Below, in pieces: positions 12,929-25,554 of a stretch of 64,000 nucleotides of DNA. The translations under genes and the position numbers were made by a program. The DNA comes from Escherichia coli (GTDB lineage: Bacteria; Pseudomonadota; Gammaproteobacteria; Enterobacterales; Enterobacteriaceae). Within the stretch, counting starts at the first letter, position 1, and every line of letters begins with the position of its first letter. The notes below the pieces were generated by a model. The model had not been told where the DNA came from. It did not search any database and saw only the letters and a program-made list of their open reading frames with translations. The stretch is taken from assembly GCF_017348835.2 (NCBI RefSeq), contig NZ_CP071375.1; one strand, 5' to 3'.

Positions 12929-13169
12929 TCAAATAGATAAAAATGGTCTGTCAGTATACCTGAACCAGAGGCGATTTCGGGACAATTGTCGCCGAATCGG
13001 CTTTCGAAAGTGGGCTATCATCCCACCCCGCGCCGCAGATTGCATCGCCATTTTTGTAAAACAATTTCTACAAAGTCGTGTCTGGCGGAAAAAGTCTGGC
13101 TGCGGAGAATATCAGCCTGCCCGGGGCTGTCAATGGTCGTTGCGGCTTACCCGTAAAAAAACAGAAAAG

Positions 13170-13781
13170 TCATGCATTCTCGACCCCGATGGCACGGCTA
13201 TTGAGGACGCGTAGCGTCGCGAATTTTTGGTTGATATCAATGGCGCTCCAACACCCCTGGTCAACGCGAAAATGCCACATAGACTCGGCAGGCATGCCAA
13301 TTAGACGAGCAATTAACAGACTCAGTACGCCCTGATGGCTGACGACTAAAATATTCTGATAGTGCTGATATTCACTAAGCCTTGCGATAAAGCGTTCCAC
13401 TCGTTGCGAAAATGCCTGAAATCCTTCACCGTTCGTGGGGATAGCATGCTGCCAGTCATTGCACCACGCGCTATAGTTTTCGGCATCTTCTTGCATGAGG
13501 TCGCGATGATGTCGCATCTCCCAGTCGCCAAAAAACATTTCGTTGAGTTCAGGGATGATATGAACGGGGAGCTGGCGGTCACTGAGAACCAGTCGCGCGG
13601 TATGCTGTGCCCGTTCCAGTTCACTGCATAAAACCAGGTCAAAGGAAACATCATCTAGCAGTGTATGCAGATTTTGCGCTTGCTCAATACCGCGTGCGGT
13701 CAGGGGTGTGGGCGCATGACCGCTGTACAGACCATCGACATTCGCTTGTGTTTCGCCATGACGAATTAACCACAGTCGCAT
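13170..13781 (-). CDS. cobC: Alpha-ribazole phosphatase / phosphoglycerate-mutase-family protein CobC
   Basis: RHGE histidine-phosphatase motif near the N-terminus; start taken at the second Met (MRLWLIRHGET). Confidence 0.9.
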   Translation of the reverse strand: MRLWLIRHGETQANVDGLYSGHAPTPLTARGIEQAQNLHTLLDDVSFDLVLCSELERAQHTARLVLSDRQLPVHIIPELNEMFFGDWEMRHHRDLMQEDAENYSAWCNDWQHAIPTNGEGFQAFSQRVERFIARLSEYQHYQNILVVSHQGVLSLLIARLIGMPAESMWHFRVDQGCWSAIDINQKFATLRVLNSRAIGVENA

Positions 13782-13804
13782 CATGCCCTCCGTAACGACA
13801 GGTA

Positions 13805-14446
13805 TCAGCGATACAAGCCTTGTTGGTTAATGTAAGTCAATACCGGTTCCGGCAATAAATCCTCACACGATTCACCGTTTTGCAAACGTTCGCGGATGAT
13901 GGTCGCCGAGATGTTAAACCACGGCGTTTCAGCCAGATAAATTTTACCGGCAGGCTGAAGGTGAAGGTCTTCCGGGTTATGTGTCAAATGATCTTCCAGC
14001 CATTGCTGGTATTGCGGTTGCGCCATTTCAAGTGGGTAACCTGGACGCCGACAGACGATCAAATGTGCATTGTCGAGTATCGTTTCGTATTCGTACCAGG
14101 TCGGAAAGGTCAGCAATGAATCCTGACCAATAATAAACGCCAGCGGCACGTCCGGTCCTTGTTCCTGCCGCCACTCTTTCAGTGTTTGCGCAGTGTAAGA
14201 GGGGGCATTGCGCTTTAGCTCGCGTTCATCAAGAGTAAATAATGGCTTGTCGGCAATCGCCAGTTCAAGCATGTGTTTACGCTGCACGCTGTTCGCTTCC
14301 GGCTGGGGACGATGCGGAGGAACATTATTAGGGATTATTGTGACCCGCGTCAGACCAATCAAATTCGCCAGCGTTTCCACGGGTTTTAGATGACCATAGT
14401 GCACCGGATCAAAGGTGCCGCCAAACAGAGCCTGTAAAGATTTCAT
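13805..14446 (-). CDS. nadD: Nicotinate-nucleotide adenylyltransferase
   Basis: 213 aa; [11 protein letters not shown] nucleotidyltransferase motif. Confidence 0.95.
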
Positions 14447-14447
14447 A

Positions 14448-15479
14448 TCAACCGTCGATAAATACGTCCGCCAGGGGTTTATGGCACAACAGAAGAGATA
14501 ACCCTTCCAGCTCTGCCCACACTGACTGACCGTAATCTTGTTTGAGGGTGAGTTCCGTTCGTGTCAGGAGTTGCACGGCCTGACGTAACTGCGGCTGACT
14601 TAAGCGATTTAACGCCTCGCCCATCATGCCCCGGCGGTTCTGCCATACCCGATGCTTATCAAACAACGCACGCAGTGGCGTATGGGCAGACTGGCGTTTC
14701 AGGTTAACCAGTAACAACAGTTCACGTTGTAATGTGCGCAACAAAATAACCGGTTCGCTGCCTTCCAGACGCAGTTGCTGAAGAATATGCAACGCGCGCT
14801 TACTTTTTCCCATCAACAAAGCATCAACCCAATGAAAAGGGGTGAAATGCGCGGCATCATTCACCGCCTGTTCGACGCGCGGTAATGTCAGTTTGCCGTC
14901 TGGCCAGAGCAGCGATAAACGCTCCAGTGCCTGAGCCAGCGCCAGCAGGTTACCTTCATAACAGTAGCAGAGCACCTGATTCGCCGCGTCATCCAGTTCT
15001 AAGTTGAGCTGTTTTGCGCGCGCAGCAACCCAGCGGGGAAGCTGAGCCTGCTCCGGTGTCTGACAGGTCACTTGCACGCTTCGATTCGCAAGAGCAGTAA
15101 ACCAGGCGGCATTTTCTTGTGCTTTGCTTAATTTATTACCGCGGACGATCAACAGCAGGTCGTCATGCAGAAGTCCGGTGAGTGTGAGAAGTTGTTCATT
15201 GATCGCCGCATTCGGTCCGTTTTCTGGTAACAGCAGCAATAGCGTTTGTCGACTGGCAAACAGACTCATGGCCTGGCATAACGAAAATATCGCATTCCAG
15301 TCAGTGTTGGGATCAATGGAAAAAGTGTGGTGTTCTTCGAATCCTTGTGCCGCAGCTACCTGACGAACAGCGTCCTGGCTTTCCTGCAATAACAGAGGAT
15401 CGTTACCAAGTAAAAGATACGCCGCGCGCAGCCCTTCATTGAGCTGCGCGCGGAGTTGTTCCGGGTACAACCGAATCAT
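14448..15479 (-). CDS. holA: DNA polymerase III delta subunit
   Basis: 343-aa ORF matches HolA. Confidence 0.94.
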
Positions 15480-16060
15480 CAGTTACCCAGCGTGGTGGAG
15501 ATGCGTGCAGGCGTTGCCGGAGTATCCGTTGTGGTCGACGTCTGTTCTTCGTCGGAACGAATATCCGCAGCACGGATGCTTGGCAGTTTACGAATCAGCT
15601 GTTCGGCAGCACGGTCGTACATCTCTTTTACGATCATGTCTTGTTCGTTATCTTTCGCTAACGCCATTTGCGGGTTATCAAAGAACGAACGGAAGACTTT
15701 GGCGCTAATCGGGTAGATATCACGGCCGGGGATCAACACGGTCGCATTCACCGTCATGATCATCTGATACTCTGCTGTTTGACCGTTACGGAATACCGAT
15801 GCGGTATCTTTCGCGATGCTCACTTTACCCAAACGCAGGGATGGAACGTCCTTACGCGTGGTTTCTTTATCAAGCAACTCGACACCATTCAGACGTAACT
15901 GGTTACGCACCGCACGGCTTAATGGCCCGTTCGGATCACCTGAGTCCAGGATCATGACCTTCATAGTGGAAGGAACCTGCGTGGTATCACGCAGATGCCA
16001 GCCACACCCGGCGGTGATTAACACCGCCAGAGATAACAACAATGTTGCCAGATATCGCAC
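15479..16060 (-). CDS. lptE: LPS assembly lipoprotein LptE
   Basis: 193 aa; lipobox (ITAGC); stop overlaps the holA start. Confidence 0.94.
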   Translation of the reverse strand: MRYLATLLLSLAVLITAGCGWHLRDTTQVPSTMKVMILDSGDPNGPLSRAVRNQLRLNGVELLDKETTRKDVPSLRLGKVSIAKDTASVFRNGQTAEYQMIMTVNATVLIPGRDIYPISAKVFRSFFDNPQMALAKDNEQDMIVKEMYDRAAEQLIRKLPSIRAADIRSDEEQTSTTTDTPATPARISTTLGN

Positions 16061-16074
16061 GCTTCCTCCCGCGC

Positions 16075-18657
16075 TTAGCCAACGACCAGATTGAGGAGTT
16101 TACCTGGTACGTAAATCACTTTACGTACAGTAACGCCATCAAGATATTTTGCTACCAGATGTTCCTGGCCAGCACGTTCGCGAACCTGTTCTTCCGTTGC
16201 GTCCACCGGAACGGTGATTTTGGCACGGACTTTACCGTTAACCTGCACCACGACCAGCGTGGAGTCTTCCACCATCGCTTTTTCGTCAGCAACCGGCCAC
16301 GGCGCGTTGTCGATATCGCCTTCGCCTTTCAGTTCCTGCCACAGCGTGAAGCAGATGTGCGGGGTGAACGGGTTAAGCATACGGACAACGGCCAGCAGCG
16401 CTTCCTGCATCAGAGCGCGATCCTGCTCGCCATCGGTTGGTGCTTTCGCCAGTTTGTTCATCAGCTCCATAATCGCCGCAATTGCGGTGTTGAAGGTCTG
16501 ACGACGGCCGATATCATCGGTCACTTTAGCGATCGTTTTATGCACATCGCGACGCAGCGCTTTCTGATCTTCAGTCAGCGCATCAACGTTCAGTGCCGCA
16601 ACATCACCTTTTGCTGTGTGCTCGTAAACCAGTTTCCAGACACGTTTCAGGAAGCGGTTAGCCCCTTCCACACCGGATTCCTGCCATTCGAGAGTCATAT
16701 CAGCCGGAGAAGCAAACATCATAAACAGACGAACGGTGTCCGCGCCGTAACGTTCAACCATCACCTGCGGGTCGATACCGTTGTTCTTCGACTTGGACAT
16801 TTTGCTCATGCCGGTATAAACCAGTTCATGGCCTGCCGCATCTTTCGCTTTCACGATACGGCCTTTCTCGTCACGTTCAACGATAGCATCAACCGGGGAA
16901 ACCCAGTTACGTTCGCCGTTTTCGCCAACATAGTAGAAGGCATCTGCCAGCACCATACCCTGACACAGCAACTGTTTCGCTGGTTCGTCAGAGTTCACCA
17001 TGCCTGCATCACGCATCAGTTTGTGGAAGAAGCGGAAGTAGAGCAGGTGCATAATGGCGTGTTCAATACCACCAATGTAGATATCCACCGGCAGCCAGTA
17101 GTTAGCCGCTTCGGAATCCAGCATCCCTTCTTTGTACTCTGGGCAAGTGTAGCGCGCATAGTACCAGGAGGACTCCATAAAGGTGTCGAAAGTGTCGGTT
17201 TCACGCAGCGCTGGCATACCGTTAACGGTAGTTTTTGCCCACTCCGGATCTGCTTTAATCGGGCTGGTAATGCCGTCCATCACCACATCTTCCGGCAGGA
17301 TCACCGGCAGCTGGTCGTCCGGGGTCGGCATTACGGTACCGTCTTCCAGCGTCACCATCGGAATCGGCGCGCCCCAGTAACGCTGACGAGAAACACCCCA
17401 GTCGCGCAGGCGGTAGTTCACTTTACGCTCGCCAACGCCCATCGCAGTCAGTTTATCTGCGATGGCGTTGAAGGCCGCTTCATGGTCAAGACCGTTGAAC
17501 TCGCCAGAGTTGAACAGCACGCCTTTTTCAGTCAGGGCTTGCTGAGAAAGATCTGGCTCAGAGCCGTCAGCCGCCAGGATAACCGGTTTGATGTTCAGGC
17601 CGTATTTAGAGGCAAACTCGTAGTCGCGTTGGTCGTGCCCCGGAACCGCCATTACTGCGCCCGTGCCGTACTCCATCAATACGAAGTTTGCTGCCCAAAC
17701 GGGAATTTCTTCGCCCGTTAATGGGTGAACCGCTTTAAAGCCAGTATCGACGCCTTTTTTCTCCATCGTCGCCATTTCAGCTTCGGCAACTTTGGTGTTA
17801 CGGCATTCGTCAATAAAGGCCGCCAGTTCAGGATTATTTTCCGCCGCTTTCTGCGCCAGCGGATGACCCGCAGCTACCGCCAGGTAGGTACAACCCATAA
17901 AGGTGTCCGGGCGGGTAGTGTAAACGGTCAGCGTGTTGTCATAGTCGTTAACGTTGAAGGTGATTTCCACGCCTTCGGAACGACCGATCCAGTTACGCTG
18001 CATGGTTTTAACGGTGTCTGGCCAGTGATCCAGTTTATCCAGATCGTTGAGCAGCTCGTCAGCGTAAGCGGTGATTTTGATAAACCACTGCGGGATCTCT
18101 TTACGTTCAACTTTGGTATCGCAGCGCCAGCAGCAGCCGTCGATAACTTGTTCGTTCGCTAGTACGGTCTGGTCGTTCGGGCACCAGTTGACCGCAGAAG
18201 TCTTCTTATATACCAGGCCTTTTTTATACAGCTCGGTGAAGAATTTCTGTTCCCAACGGTAGTATTCCGGCGTACAGGTTGCCAGCTCGCGGCTCCAGTC
18301 ATAACCAAAGCCCAGCATTTTGAGCTGGTTTTTCATATACGCGATGTTGTCGTACGTCCACGGTGCCGGTGCGGTGTTGTTTTTCACCGCCGCGCCTTCC
18401 GCAGGCAGACCAAAGGCGTCCCAGCCGATCGGCTGCAGGACGTTTTTGCCCAGCATACGCTGGTAGCGGGCGATCACGTCACCGATGGTGTAGTTACGTA
18501 CGTGGCCCATGTGTAGTCGACCAGAAGGATAGGGAAGCATAGACAGGCAGTAATACTTCTCTTTGCTCTCGTCTTCGGTTACTTCAAATGTGCGCTTCTC
18601 ATCCCAATGAAGCTGTACTTTGGATTCTATCTCTTCCGGGCGGTATTGCTCTTGCAT
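16075..18657 (-). CDS. leuS: Leucyl-tRNA synthetase
   Basis: Class I aaRS with HMGH and KMSKS motifs; start set to the internal ATG at 18657 ([11 protein letters not shown]..., 860 aa) rather than the ORF-track extension to 18798. Confidence 0.96.
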
Positions 18658-18891
18658 GGCAGCCAGTGGTCCTGTTTTCAATACGGCTACAAATGTAGCG
18701 TTGAGGTGGTTTTTCAGATCCGCATAGCATAGCCCAAACGTCCGCGTCAAAACAGCCTTTCGCGCACTCGACGTTGAAATGATGCCCGGATTATTCATAC
18801 ATTAATTTACAGAGTTTGTGGGCGTATTAGCAAAGCAAGGAACAAAGAACGTCTATTATTATAGTCAGTTAACGACCCGGGAGATGAAACG

Positions 18892-19374
18892 ATGAACAAG
18901 GTTGCTCAATATTACCGTGAACTGGTCGCGTCACTGAGCGAACGCCTGCGCAATGGCGAACGTGATATCGACGCACTGGTGGAACAGGCGCGCGAGCGCG
19001 TAATAAAAACAGGGGAGTTAACGCGAACCGAGGTCGATGAGCTGACGCGAGCTGTCAGACGTGACCTGGAAGAGTTCGCCATGAGCTATGAAGAGAGCCT
19101 GAAAGAAGAATCTGACAGCGTCTTTATGCGGGTGATTAAAGAAAGCTTGTGGCGGGAGCTGGCAGACATCACTGATAAAACGCAGCTTGAATGGCGCGAA
19201 GTTTTCCAGGACCTCAATCATCATGGGGTTTATCACAGCGGAGAAGTGGTCGGGCTGGGAAATCTGGTCTGCGAGAAATGTCACTTCCATCTCCCGATCT
19301 ACACACCGGAAGTGCTGACGCTATGCCCGAAATGTGGTCATGACCAGTTCCAGAGACGCCCGTTTGAGCCGTAA
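18892..19374 (+). CDS. ybeL: Uncharacterised protein YbeL (DUF1451, C-terminal Cys4 zinc ribbon)
   Basis: 160 aa; CxxC...CxxC at the C-terminus. Confidence 0.9.
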   Translation: MNKVAQYYRELVASLSERLRNGERDIDALVEQARERVIKTGELTRTEVDELTRAVRRDLEEFAMSYEESLKEESDSVFMRVIKESLWRELADITDKTQLEWREVFQDLNHHGVYHSGEVVGLGNLVCEKCHFHLPIYTPEVLTLCPKCGHDQFQRRPFEP

Positions 19375-19407
19375 TAGTCTGATTTCGCACAGCAATAAAG
19401 AGAATAT

Positions 19408-19439
19408 GGGCCGAATGAAATTCCCCGGCCCTTGTTTTT
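19408..19439. terminator. Rho-independent terminator between ybeL and ybeQ
   Basis: gggccg...cggccc stem followed by a T-run. Confidence 0.7.
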
Positions 19440-19443
19440 ATCT

Positions 19444-20427
19444 CTACAGTAAATCTTCAGTCTCACGAATTTCCTGACTGACATCTCTGGTTCCGGATGA
19501 CTGAACTTTACGATACAGGTCGAGAGCCTGTCGGAGATCGACAGGTCTTCCTTCTCCGTAGTGATACATAATGGCCAGGTTATACCAGGCAGTGGCGTCA
19601 TTGCATTCAGCGGCTTTTGTAAACCATTCAAAGGCAGCCTGATAATCTTTCTCAACGCCTTGTCCGTGTTTATACATATAACCGATGTTGACGTAAGCGC
19701 CGACGCTTTCCTGAGCGGCAGCCTTCAGATACCAGTACATCGCTTGCTTATAGTCCTGGTCCACCCCTTCGCCAGCGTTATAATCCCATGCAATTTGAAA
19801 CTGGACGTGCCGATTACCCTGCTGTGCGCTTTTCAAATACCAGAATGCGGCGAGTGTCTCGTTTTGAGCAACGCCTTTTCCGTCTTCATAAAGATCGGCC
19901 AGATTGTTTTGCGCGTCACTATGGCCTTGTAATGCAGCTTGTTTGTACCAGAAAAATGCCAGCGTATAGTCTTGTGCGACTCCGTTGCCATTTCTGTACA
20001 TCCACCCAAGATTATTTTGCGCATAAGACATTCCGCTCTCCGCGGCTATCTGATACCAGGCAACCGCTTCTTTATAGTTGGGGTCTTCTCCACGATCCAG
20101 TATCCAGCCAAGGGCGTTGGAAGCGAAAGTATGGCCTTGTAGGGCAGCTTTTTTCAGCCAGAAGATGGCTTGCTCATTATCTTTATGACGGCTTTTATCC
20201 TCGGTATACTTTTGCCCTAAGGAGTATTGTGCTTCACAATGACCTTGCTCAGCGGCCAGCTTCAGCCAGTAAAAGGCCTTTTCGTCGTCCGGAGAGTCAA
20301 TTGCGCTATCGCGATTATAATAAAACCCAACAATATATTGAGCCTCGCAATCGCTTTTTTCAGCACGTTCGATAATCTTATCTATTGATAAATTATCGCA
20401 GCAACTTGACGTAAAAATCATTATCAT
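19444..20427 (-). CDS. ybeQ: Sel1-repeat (TPR-like) protein YbeQ
   Basis: 327 aa with about seven tandem Sel1-like repeats (AQxxLGxxY...G); no obvious signal peptide. Confidence 0.88.
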   Translation of the reverse strand: MIMIFTSSCCDNLSIDKIIERAEKSDCEAQYIVGFYYNRDSAIDSPDDEKAFYWLKLAAEQGHCEAQYSLGQKYTEDKSRHKDNEQAIFWLKKAALQGHTFASNALGWILDRGEDPNYKEAVAWYQIAAESGMSYAQNNLGWMYRNGNGVAQDYTLAFFWYKQAALQGHSDAQNNLADLYEDGKGVAQNETLAAFWYLKSAQQGNRHVQFQIAWDYNAGEGVDQDYKQAMYWYLKAAAQESVGAYVNIGYMYKHGQGVEKDYQAAFEWFTKAAECNDATAWYNLAIMYHYGEGRPVDLRQALDLYRKVQSSGTRDVSQEIRETEDLL

Positions 20428-20550
20428 TTCCTTATGGTTGCAGATAAAACATATTATATTTTTATGTGTTCCGTTTTTGCGTAAGTCTTATTTTATGCGT
20501 ATTATGTTGTGTCAGAAAAGTATAAATAAATGAGCCTCGTAATGTAGTTT

Positions 20551-20569
20551 ACATTCACTAAATGAATGT
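20551..20569. promoter_or_regulatory. Inverted repeat acattca-N5-tgaatgt just upstream of the ybeR RBS
   Basis: Perfect 7-bp inverted repeat read directly from the sequence in the AT-rich ybeQ/ybeR divergent region. Confidence 0.35.
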
Positions 20570-20584
20570 TTAAGGATAAATTAT

Positions 20585-21292
20585 ATGGACATGGAGTCGC
20601 AAAAAATATTGTTTGCACTTTCCACTCCGATGGAAATACGCAATGAATGCTGTTTACCTTCGCATTCATCCCCCAAAATGTATTTAGGTACATGCTTTTT
20701 TGACCTTTCTTCCTCCTGGGGAATTGATGACCGTGATGACCTGCTGCGCACAATTCACCGAATGATCGATAACGGTCATGCCGCTCGGTTGGCAGGGTTT
20801 TATCACCGCTGGTTTCGTTATTCTCCATGTGAATGGCGTGACTATCTTGCTGAATTAAATGAGCAAGGTCAGGCTTATGCGCAATTTGTCGCCAGCACAG
20901 CCGAATGCTGTGGTGAGGGGGGAATCAAAGCCTGGGATTATGTCCGGATGGGTTTTTTAAGCCGAATGGGCGTACTTAATAACTGGTTGAGTGAAGAAGA
21001 AAGTCTATGGATCCAGTCGCGCATTCATCTACGGGCTCTACGTTATTATAGTAACTGGCGGCAATACTTTGCCGGTTATACCTTTGGTCGGCAATATTGG
21101 CAGTCTCCCGAAGATGATCATCTGCAGTTATTACGCGAAATCTTAGCGCGTAAAGAATACGACGATTCCGGCAATGATATGTTTTATCAATTATTTGCCA
21201 GTGATGATGCGTATTACCCTACCTTGTCCTGGCAACCATTGGCTTACTATTCTGCATGCCCGGAAACGCTTAAGGATATGAGCGACCTATGA
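20585..21292 (+). CDS. ybeR: DUF1266-family protein YbeR
   Basis: 235 aa; paralogue of YbeU (23382..24089) with shared blocks ([18 protein letters not shown]); stop overlaps the djlB start (ATGA). Confidence 0.88.
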   Translation: MDMESQKILFALSTPMEIRNECCLPSHSSPKMYLGTCFFDLSSSWGIDDRDDLLRTIHRMIDNGHAARLAGFYHRWFRYSPCEWRDYLAELNEQGQAYAQFVASTAECCGEGGIKAWDYVRMGFLSRMGVLNNWLSEEESLWIQSRIHLRALRYYSNWRQYFAGYTFGRQYWQSPEDDHLQLLREILARKEYDDSGNDMFYQLFASDDAYYPTLSWQPLAYYSACPETLKDMSDL

Positions 21293-22716
21293 AAAATTGC
21301 TGGAAGATTCTCGAAATAGAGGAAACGACTGACGTCGATATTATCCGCCGCGCTTATCTGGCGCTGTTACCGTCCTTTCATCCAGAAACCGATCCGCAGG
21401 GTTTTAAACAACTTCGTCAGGCGTATGAGGAGGCGCTACGGATTGCGCAGTCGCCTGCTAAATCTGTTTGGCAACCAGAAGAATATGAGGTAGCAGAACA
21501 TGAAATTCTGCTCGCCTTTCGTGCGTTACTTGCCTCTGATAGCGAACGTTTTCTGCCCTCCGCCTGGCAGCGATTCATTCAGCAATTAAATTATTGCTCG
21601 ATGGAAGAGATTGATGAATTACGCTGGTCGCTGTGCACAATCGCCATGAACACTGCCCATTTATCCTTCGAGTGCGTGGTGTTATTAGCAGAAAGATTGC
21701 GGTGGTTGCAGGAGGAAAACGTCGGGGAAATAGACGAAGAAGAACTGGAATCCTTTTTATATGCCATTGCGAAGGGGAATGTTTTTAACTTCCAGACCAT
21801 TCTGCATCTGCCCGTTGCCGTGCAAAATGACACCATCGATTTTTACCAAATGTTCGCTCGGATTTGGTCATCGTATCCAGAATGGCTGACATTGTATTTA
21901 GCGCAACATCGCGCAGTGATTATCCCCGATGATGCAAAACTGCACAGAAATTTACTCCGCTGGTATAGCGCAGGTCGCCTGGGAATTCCCGAACTCCTGG
22001 ATTACGCCCGGTCGTGGCGGGAAGCTGAATCTGATAATGAAGATGCGCGTTATTATGAATACGCACAACGCGTCTATTGTGGAGAAGGCGAAAGCTTGCT
22101 GGCAGAACTTTGTGACTACTGGCGCGAGTATCCCTCCACCCAGGCGGATGCTTTAATATTGCAATGGTGCCGTCAGCATCGGGTCGATTATTACCCGTTA
22201 GTGGTGATGATGATTGAAGCTCGTGAACTGGTTAACGATCAGGGAAAACCGCTACTTTATATCCCCGGCGACAGCGCCCGTACGCGTTTTCATTTATACG
22301 AAATACTCAGCGATGAAAAACTCTCTGCGCTGGGGCGTTCTCTGGTCGAGATGGTTTTGCACAAAGGACGTAAGCCGCGGATCTCACTCACGCGTGATAC
22401 AGAACATCCCTTATGGCCATTATATTTAGTTGCCAAACAATTAGTGCAGGCCAGCCAACCGACAGAAGAATCATTAATGCCGATTGTGAGCCGCCTTGAT
22501 GCGGAAGATCGTTGTCCACTGGAAGCATTAATTATTCGTCGATTATTAATTCAGGCGGCGAATTTTACCGAGAAGCAAACTGTTGAACCGGAGCCGCAAC
22601 CGCAGCCAATGCCCGTTGACGATGGTGGGCCAGGCTGTCTGGGCATCATTAAAATTATTTTCTATATTTTTATCTTTGCTGGTTTGATAGGGAAAATACT
22701 CCATCTGTTCGGGTGA
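21289..22716 (+). CDS. djlB: J-domain co-chaperone DjlB (HPE variant, C-terminal membrane anchor)
   Basis: 475 aa; N-terminal J-like domain ([33 protein letters not shown]); C-terminal hydrophobic tail ([21 protein letters not shown]). Confidence 0.88.
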   Translation: MKNCWKILEIEETTDVDIIRRAYLALLPSFHPETDPQGFKQLRQAYEEALRIAQSPAKSVWQPEEYEVAEHEILLAFRALLASDSERFLPSAWQRFIQQLNYCSMEEIDELRWSLCTIAMNTAHLSFECVVLLAERLRWLQEENVGEIDEEELESFLYAIAKGNVFNFQTILHLPVAVQNDTIDFYQMFARIWSSYPEWLTLYLAQHRAVIIPDDAKLHRNLLRWYSAGRLGIPELLDYARSWREAESDNEDARYYEYAQRVYCGEGESLLAELCDYWREYPSTQADALILQWCRQHRVDYYPLVVMMIEARELVNDQGKPLLYIPGDSARTRFHLYEILSDEKLSALGRSLVEMVLHKGRKPRISLTRDTEHPLWPLYLVAKQLVQASQPTEESLMPIVSRLDAEDRCPLEALIIRRLLIQAANFTEKQTVEPEPQPQPMPVDDGGPGCLGIIKIIFYIFIFAGLIGKILHLFG

Positions 22717-22725
22717 CAGTCGACG

Positions 22726-23280
22726 TTAATGTGCGGGAAGCCCGGCAAGTAATCTTTCCGCATTTTTGTAATGTTGTTTGGCGGCCAGTTTTAACCATTT
22801 TTGAGATTCATAATGGTTAACATTAATACCTGAGCCATTTCTGTAGATCAAACCTAAAGTATATTGAGCATGAGCATACCCTTGTTCAGCTGCTTCCTTA
22901 TACCAGAGAATTGCTTTACGGGTGTCGGGTTTGACCCCCAGACCTTTGAGGTAGATCCACCCCAGTTTACTTTGCGCGCGTGGATTTTCCTGTTCCGCTG
23001 ATTGCTCATACCAGTATCTCGCCTGTATATAATCCAGTGGTTTACCGTCGCTACCATGAAGATAAAATTCTCCAAGGCGATATTGCGATGTTGAGTGACC
23101 ATGAATCGCGGAAAGCTCCGTGGCTGCCGTGGTGAATGGAAGACTGCCCGGTGAGCTTAAATAATCAAAGGCATAATTCACCATGGCTTTATCACGCAAC
23201 GTTGTTTTCTTGGGTTGGCTAATACAGGTAATTGCTGCAACTATAAAAATTGCGAATATATACATTAATTTTTTATTCAT
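22726..23280 (-). CDS. ybeT: Sel1-repeat protein YbeT with N-terminal signal/anchor sequence
   Basis: 184 aa; hydrophobic N-terminus ([19 protein letters not shown]) followed by Sel1 repeats. Confidence 0.88.
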   Translation of the reverse strand: MNKKLMYIFAIFIVAAITCISQPKKTTLRDKAMVNYAFDYLSSPGSLPFTTAATELSAIHGHSTSQYRLGEFYLHGSDGKPLDYIQARYWYEQSAEQENPRAQSKLGWIYLKGLGVKPDTRKAILWYKEAAEQGYAHAQYTLGLIYRNGSGINVNHYESQKWLKLAAKQHYKNAERLLAGLPAH

Positions 23281-23381
23281 ATGTGAATACTTCGATTTTC
23301 TTTTTATTTTGAAAGCGTCAAGTTTATACTCATCAATAATAAAAAAGTAGTCAGTTAATGCACTTAAGGGATTATTAACAA

Positions 23382-24089
23382 ATGAATAAGGAAGAACAAT
23401 ATCTTCTTTTTGCGCTTTCTGCGCCGATGGAAATACTTAATCAGGGTTGCAAACCCGCGCATGACTCGCCAAAAATGTATACTGGGATAAAAGAATTCGA
23501 TCTCTCATCATCCTGGGGAATAAATAATCGTGATGATTTAATTCAGACTATTTATCAGATGACTGATGATGGTCATGCCAATGATTTAGCTGGCTTATAT
23601 CTGACATGGCATCGCTCTTCCCCTGAAGAGTGGAAAGCATTAATTGCTGGCGGCTCGGAGAGAGGATTGATTTATACCCAATTCGTTGCGCAAACCGCTA
23701 TATGCTGTGGGGAAGGGGGAATCAAAGCCTGGGATTATGTGCGGATGGGGTTTTTGTCGCGGGTTGGTGTACTCAACAAGTGGCTGACGGAAGAAGAGAG
23801 TTTATGGCTGCAATCGCGCGTTTATGTACGAGCTCACCATTACTATCACAGCTGGATGCACTATTTTTCCGCCTATTCGTTAGGGCGTCTCTACTGGCAA
23901 TCTTCTCAGTGCGAAGACAACGCTTCGCTACGCGAGGCGCTAACCCTGTACAAATACGATAGCGCCGGGAGTCGGATGTTCGAAGAGCTGGCAGCGGGAA
24001 GCGACCGTTTCTATGCCACGCTTCCCTGGCAGCCATTAACTGTCCAGCCTGAATGCCCGGTAACGCTTAAGGATGTGAGCAACCTATGA
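23382..24089 (+). CDS. ybeU: DUF1266-family protein YbeU
   Basis: 235 aa; paralogue of YbeR; stop overlaps the djlC start (ATGA). Confidence 0.88.
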   Translation: MNKEEQYLLFALSAPMEILNQGCKPAHDSPKMYTGIKEFDLSSSWGINNRDDLIQTIYQMTDDGHANDLAGLYLTWHRSSPEEWKALIAGGSERGLIYTQFVAQTAICCGEGGIKAWDYVRMGFLSRVGVLNKWLTEEESLWLQSRVYVRAHHYYHSWMHYFSAYSLGRLYWQSSQCEDNASLREALTLYKYDSAGSRMFEELAAGSDRFYATLPWQPLTVQPECPVTLKDVSNL

Positions 24090-25537
24090 AAACATGTTGG
24101 CAAATCCTCGAAATTGAAAGCACGACGCAAATAGACATTATCCGCCAGGCTTATCTTGCTCGCTTACCGTTATGTCATCCCGAAACCGATCCGCAAGGGT
24201 TTAAAGCATTACGCCAGGCCTATGAAGAGGCCCTGCGACTGGCGGTAAATCCTGTCGAGGAAGCAGATGATGAAGAAAAAGATGATGCCACTGAGCATGA
24301 AATACTACGTGTATTCAGGGCATTACTGGATTCAGAAAGTGATCGTTTTCAGCCCTCCGCCTGGCAGAAATTTATTCAGCAATTAAATACCTGGAACATG
24401 GAGGATGTCGATCAATTACGCTGGCCGCTGTGTGCAATCGCTATAGAAGCGCGATATCTTTCATTAAATTGTGCTTCTTTGCTGGCAGAGCGTTTGAACT
24501 GGCATTCGTTTAATGACAGCGAAGGAATAGATGAGGAAGAAAGGGAGGCTTTTCTTGAGGCCATTCAGGCTGGTGATTGTTTCGATTTCCTTGGCCTTCT
24601 GGAATATCCCGTTGCGTTGCAGAACCAGACTGTTGAATATTACTTCGCGCTGGAACGTTGCTGCCATTACCATCCTGACTATGTCACTGCGTTTTTGGCG
24701 ATGGAAGGTCCGTGGTTCATTCCTGATGATGCAAAGTTACATCGCAAACTGTTGCGCTGGTACAGCTCGGTGCAAACAGGTATGGCGGAACTCATTCCTG
24801 TTGCCCAACAGTGGCAAACGGAAGAACCAGAAAGCGAAGATGCCCAGTATTACCAGTGTACACAACGTTTGTACTGCGGCGAGGGGGAAAGCCTGCTTGC
24901 CGATCTCTGCGCGTACTGGGGAAGTTACCCATCTACACAAGCCGATAATTTGTTGTTGCAGTGGAGCGCACAACATTGCCCGGATTATTTCGCGTTATTA
25001 GTGATGGTTATCGAAGCGCGGAGCATGGTAGATGCGCAAGGTAAACCGTTGAAATATGTTCCTGGTGAGAGCGCCCGGACGCGTCTGTTATGGGCGGAAA
25101 TTTTACATAGCGGAAAACTATCGCCGTTAGGTCAATCGTTTATTGAGTCGTTATTCTTCAAACGCAAAGCATGGGCGTGGTGGAAATCGAGAGTCGGTAG
25201 CGAGACAGAGCAAGATTCACCGTTACTGGATTTGTATCGGGTAGCGGAACAGGTAGTACTTGAAGCGTTTCCGAAACAAGAGATGCTGGCCCGTCTTAAT
25301 ACAAGGCTGGAAGGTGGAGATGCTCATCCATTAGAGGCCATTATCACCCGGATGCTGTTGACGAAAGTGAAACTCGAGCCGGAGGATGAAGATGTCGATG
25401 AGCCAACACCTGAAAACCATGAAGAAAAAAATGATGAGGATGAAAAACCACAGAGCATTACCAGCATTATCAAAATCAGCTTAACGGTGCTGGTGATAGG
25501 TTATGCTCTCGGCAAAATCGCGATGTTGTTTAGTTGA
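24086..25537 (+). CDS. djlC: J-domain co-chaperone DjlC (HPE variant, C-terminal membrane anchor)
   Basis: 483 aa; N-terminal J-like domain (...[13 protein letters not shown]), acidic linker and C-terminal hydrophobic tail ([22 protein letters not shown]). Confidence 0.88.
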   Translation: MKTCWQILEIESTTQIDIIRQAYLARLPLCHPETDPQGFKALRQAYEEALRLAVNPVEEADDEEKDDATEHEILRVFRALLDSESDRFQPSAWQKFIQQLNTWNMEDVDQLRWPLCAIAIEARYLSLNCASLLAERLNWHSFNDSEGIDEEEREAFLEAIQAGDCFDFLGLLEYPVALQNQTVEYYFALERCCHYHPDYVTAFLAMEGPWFIPDDAKLHRKLLRWYSSVQTGMAELIPVAQQWQTEEPESEDAQYYQCTQRLYCGEGESLLADLCAYWGSYPSTQADNLLLQWSAQHCPDYFALLVMVIEARSMVDAQGKPLKYVPGESARTRLLWAEILHSGKLSPLGQSFIESLFFKRKAWAWWKSRVGSETEQDSPLLDLYRVAEQVVLEAFPKQEMLARLNTRLEGGDAHPLEAIITRMLLTKVKLEPEDEDVDEPTPENHEEKNDEDEKPQSITSIIKISLTVLVIGYALGKIAMLFS

Positions 25538-25554
25538 CGATGTGTTTTTTGCGC

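Noticed and set aside
16042-17721. 559-aa ORF on the + strand inside leuS
   Set aside because: Entirely antisense to a highly conserved gene; His/Arg/Phe-rich low-complexity translation typical of antisense frames; no RBS context.
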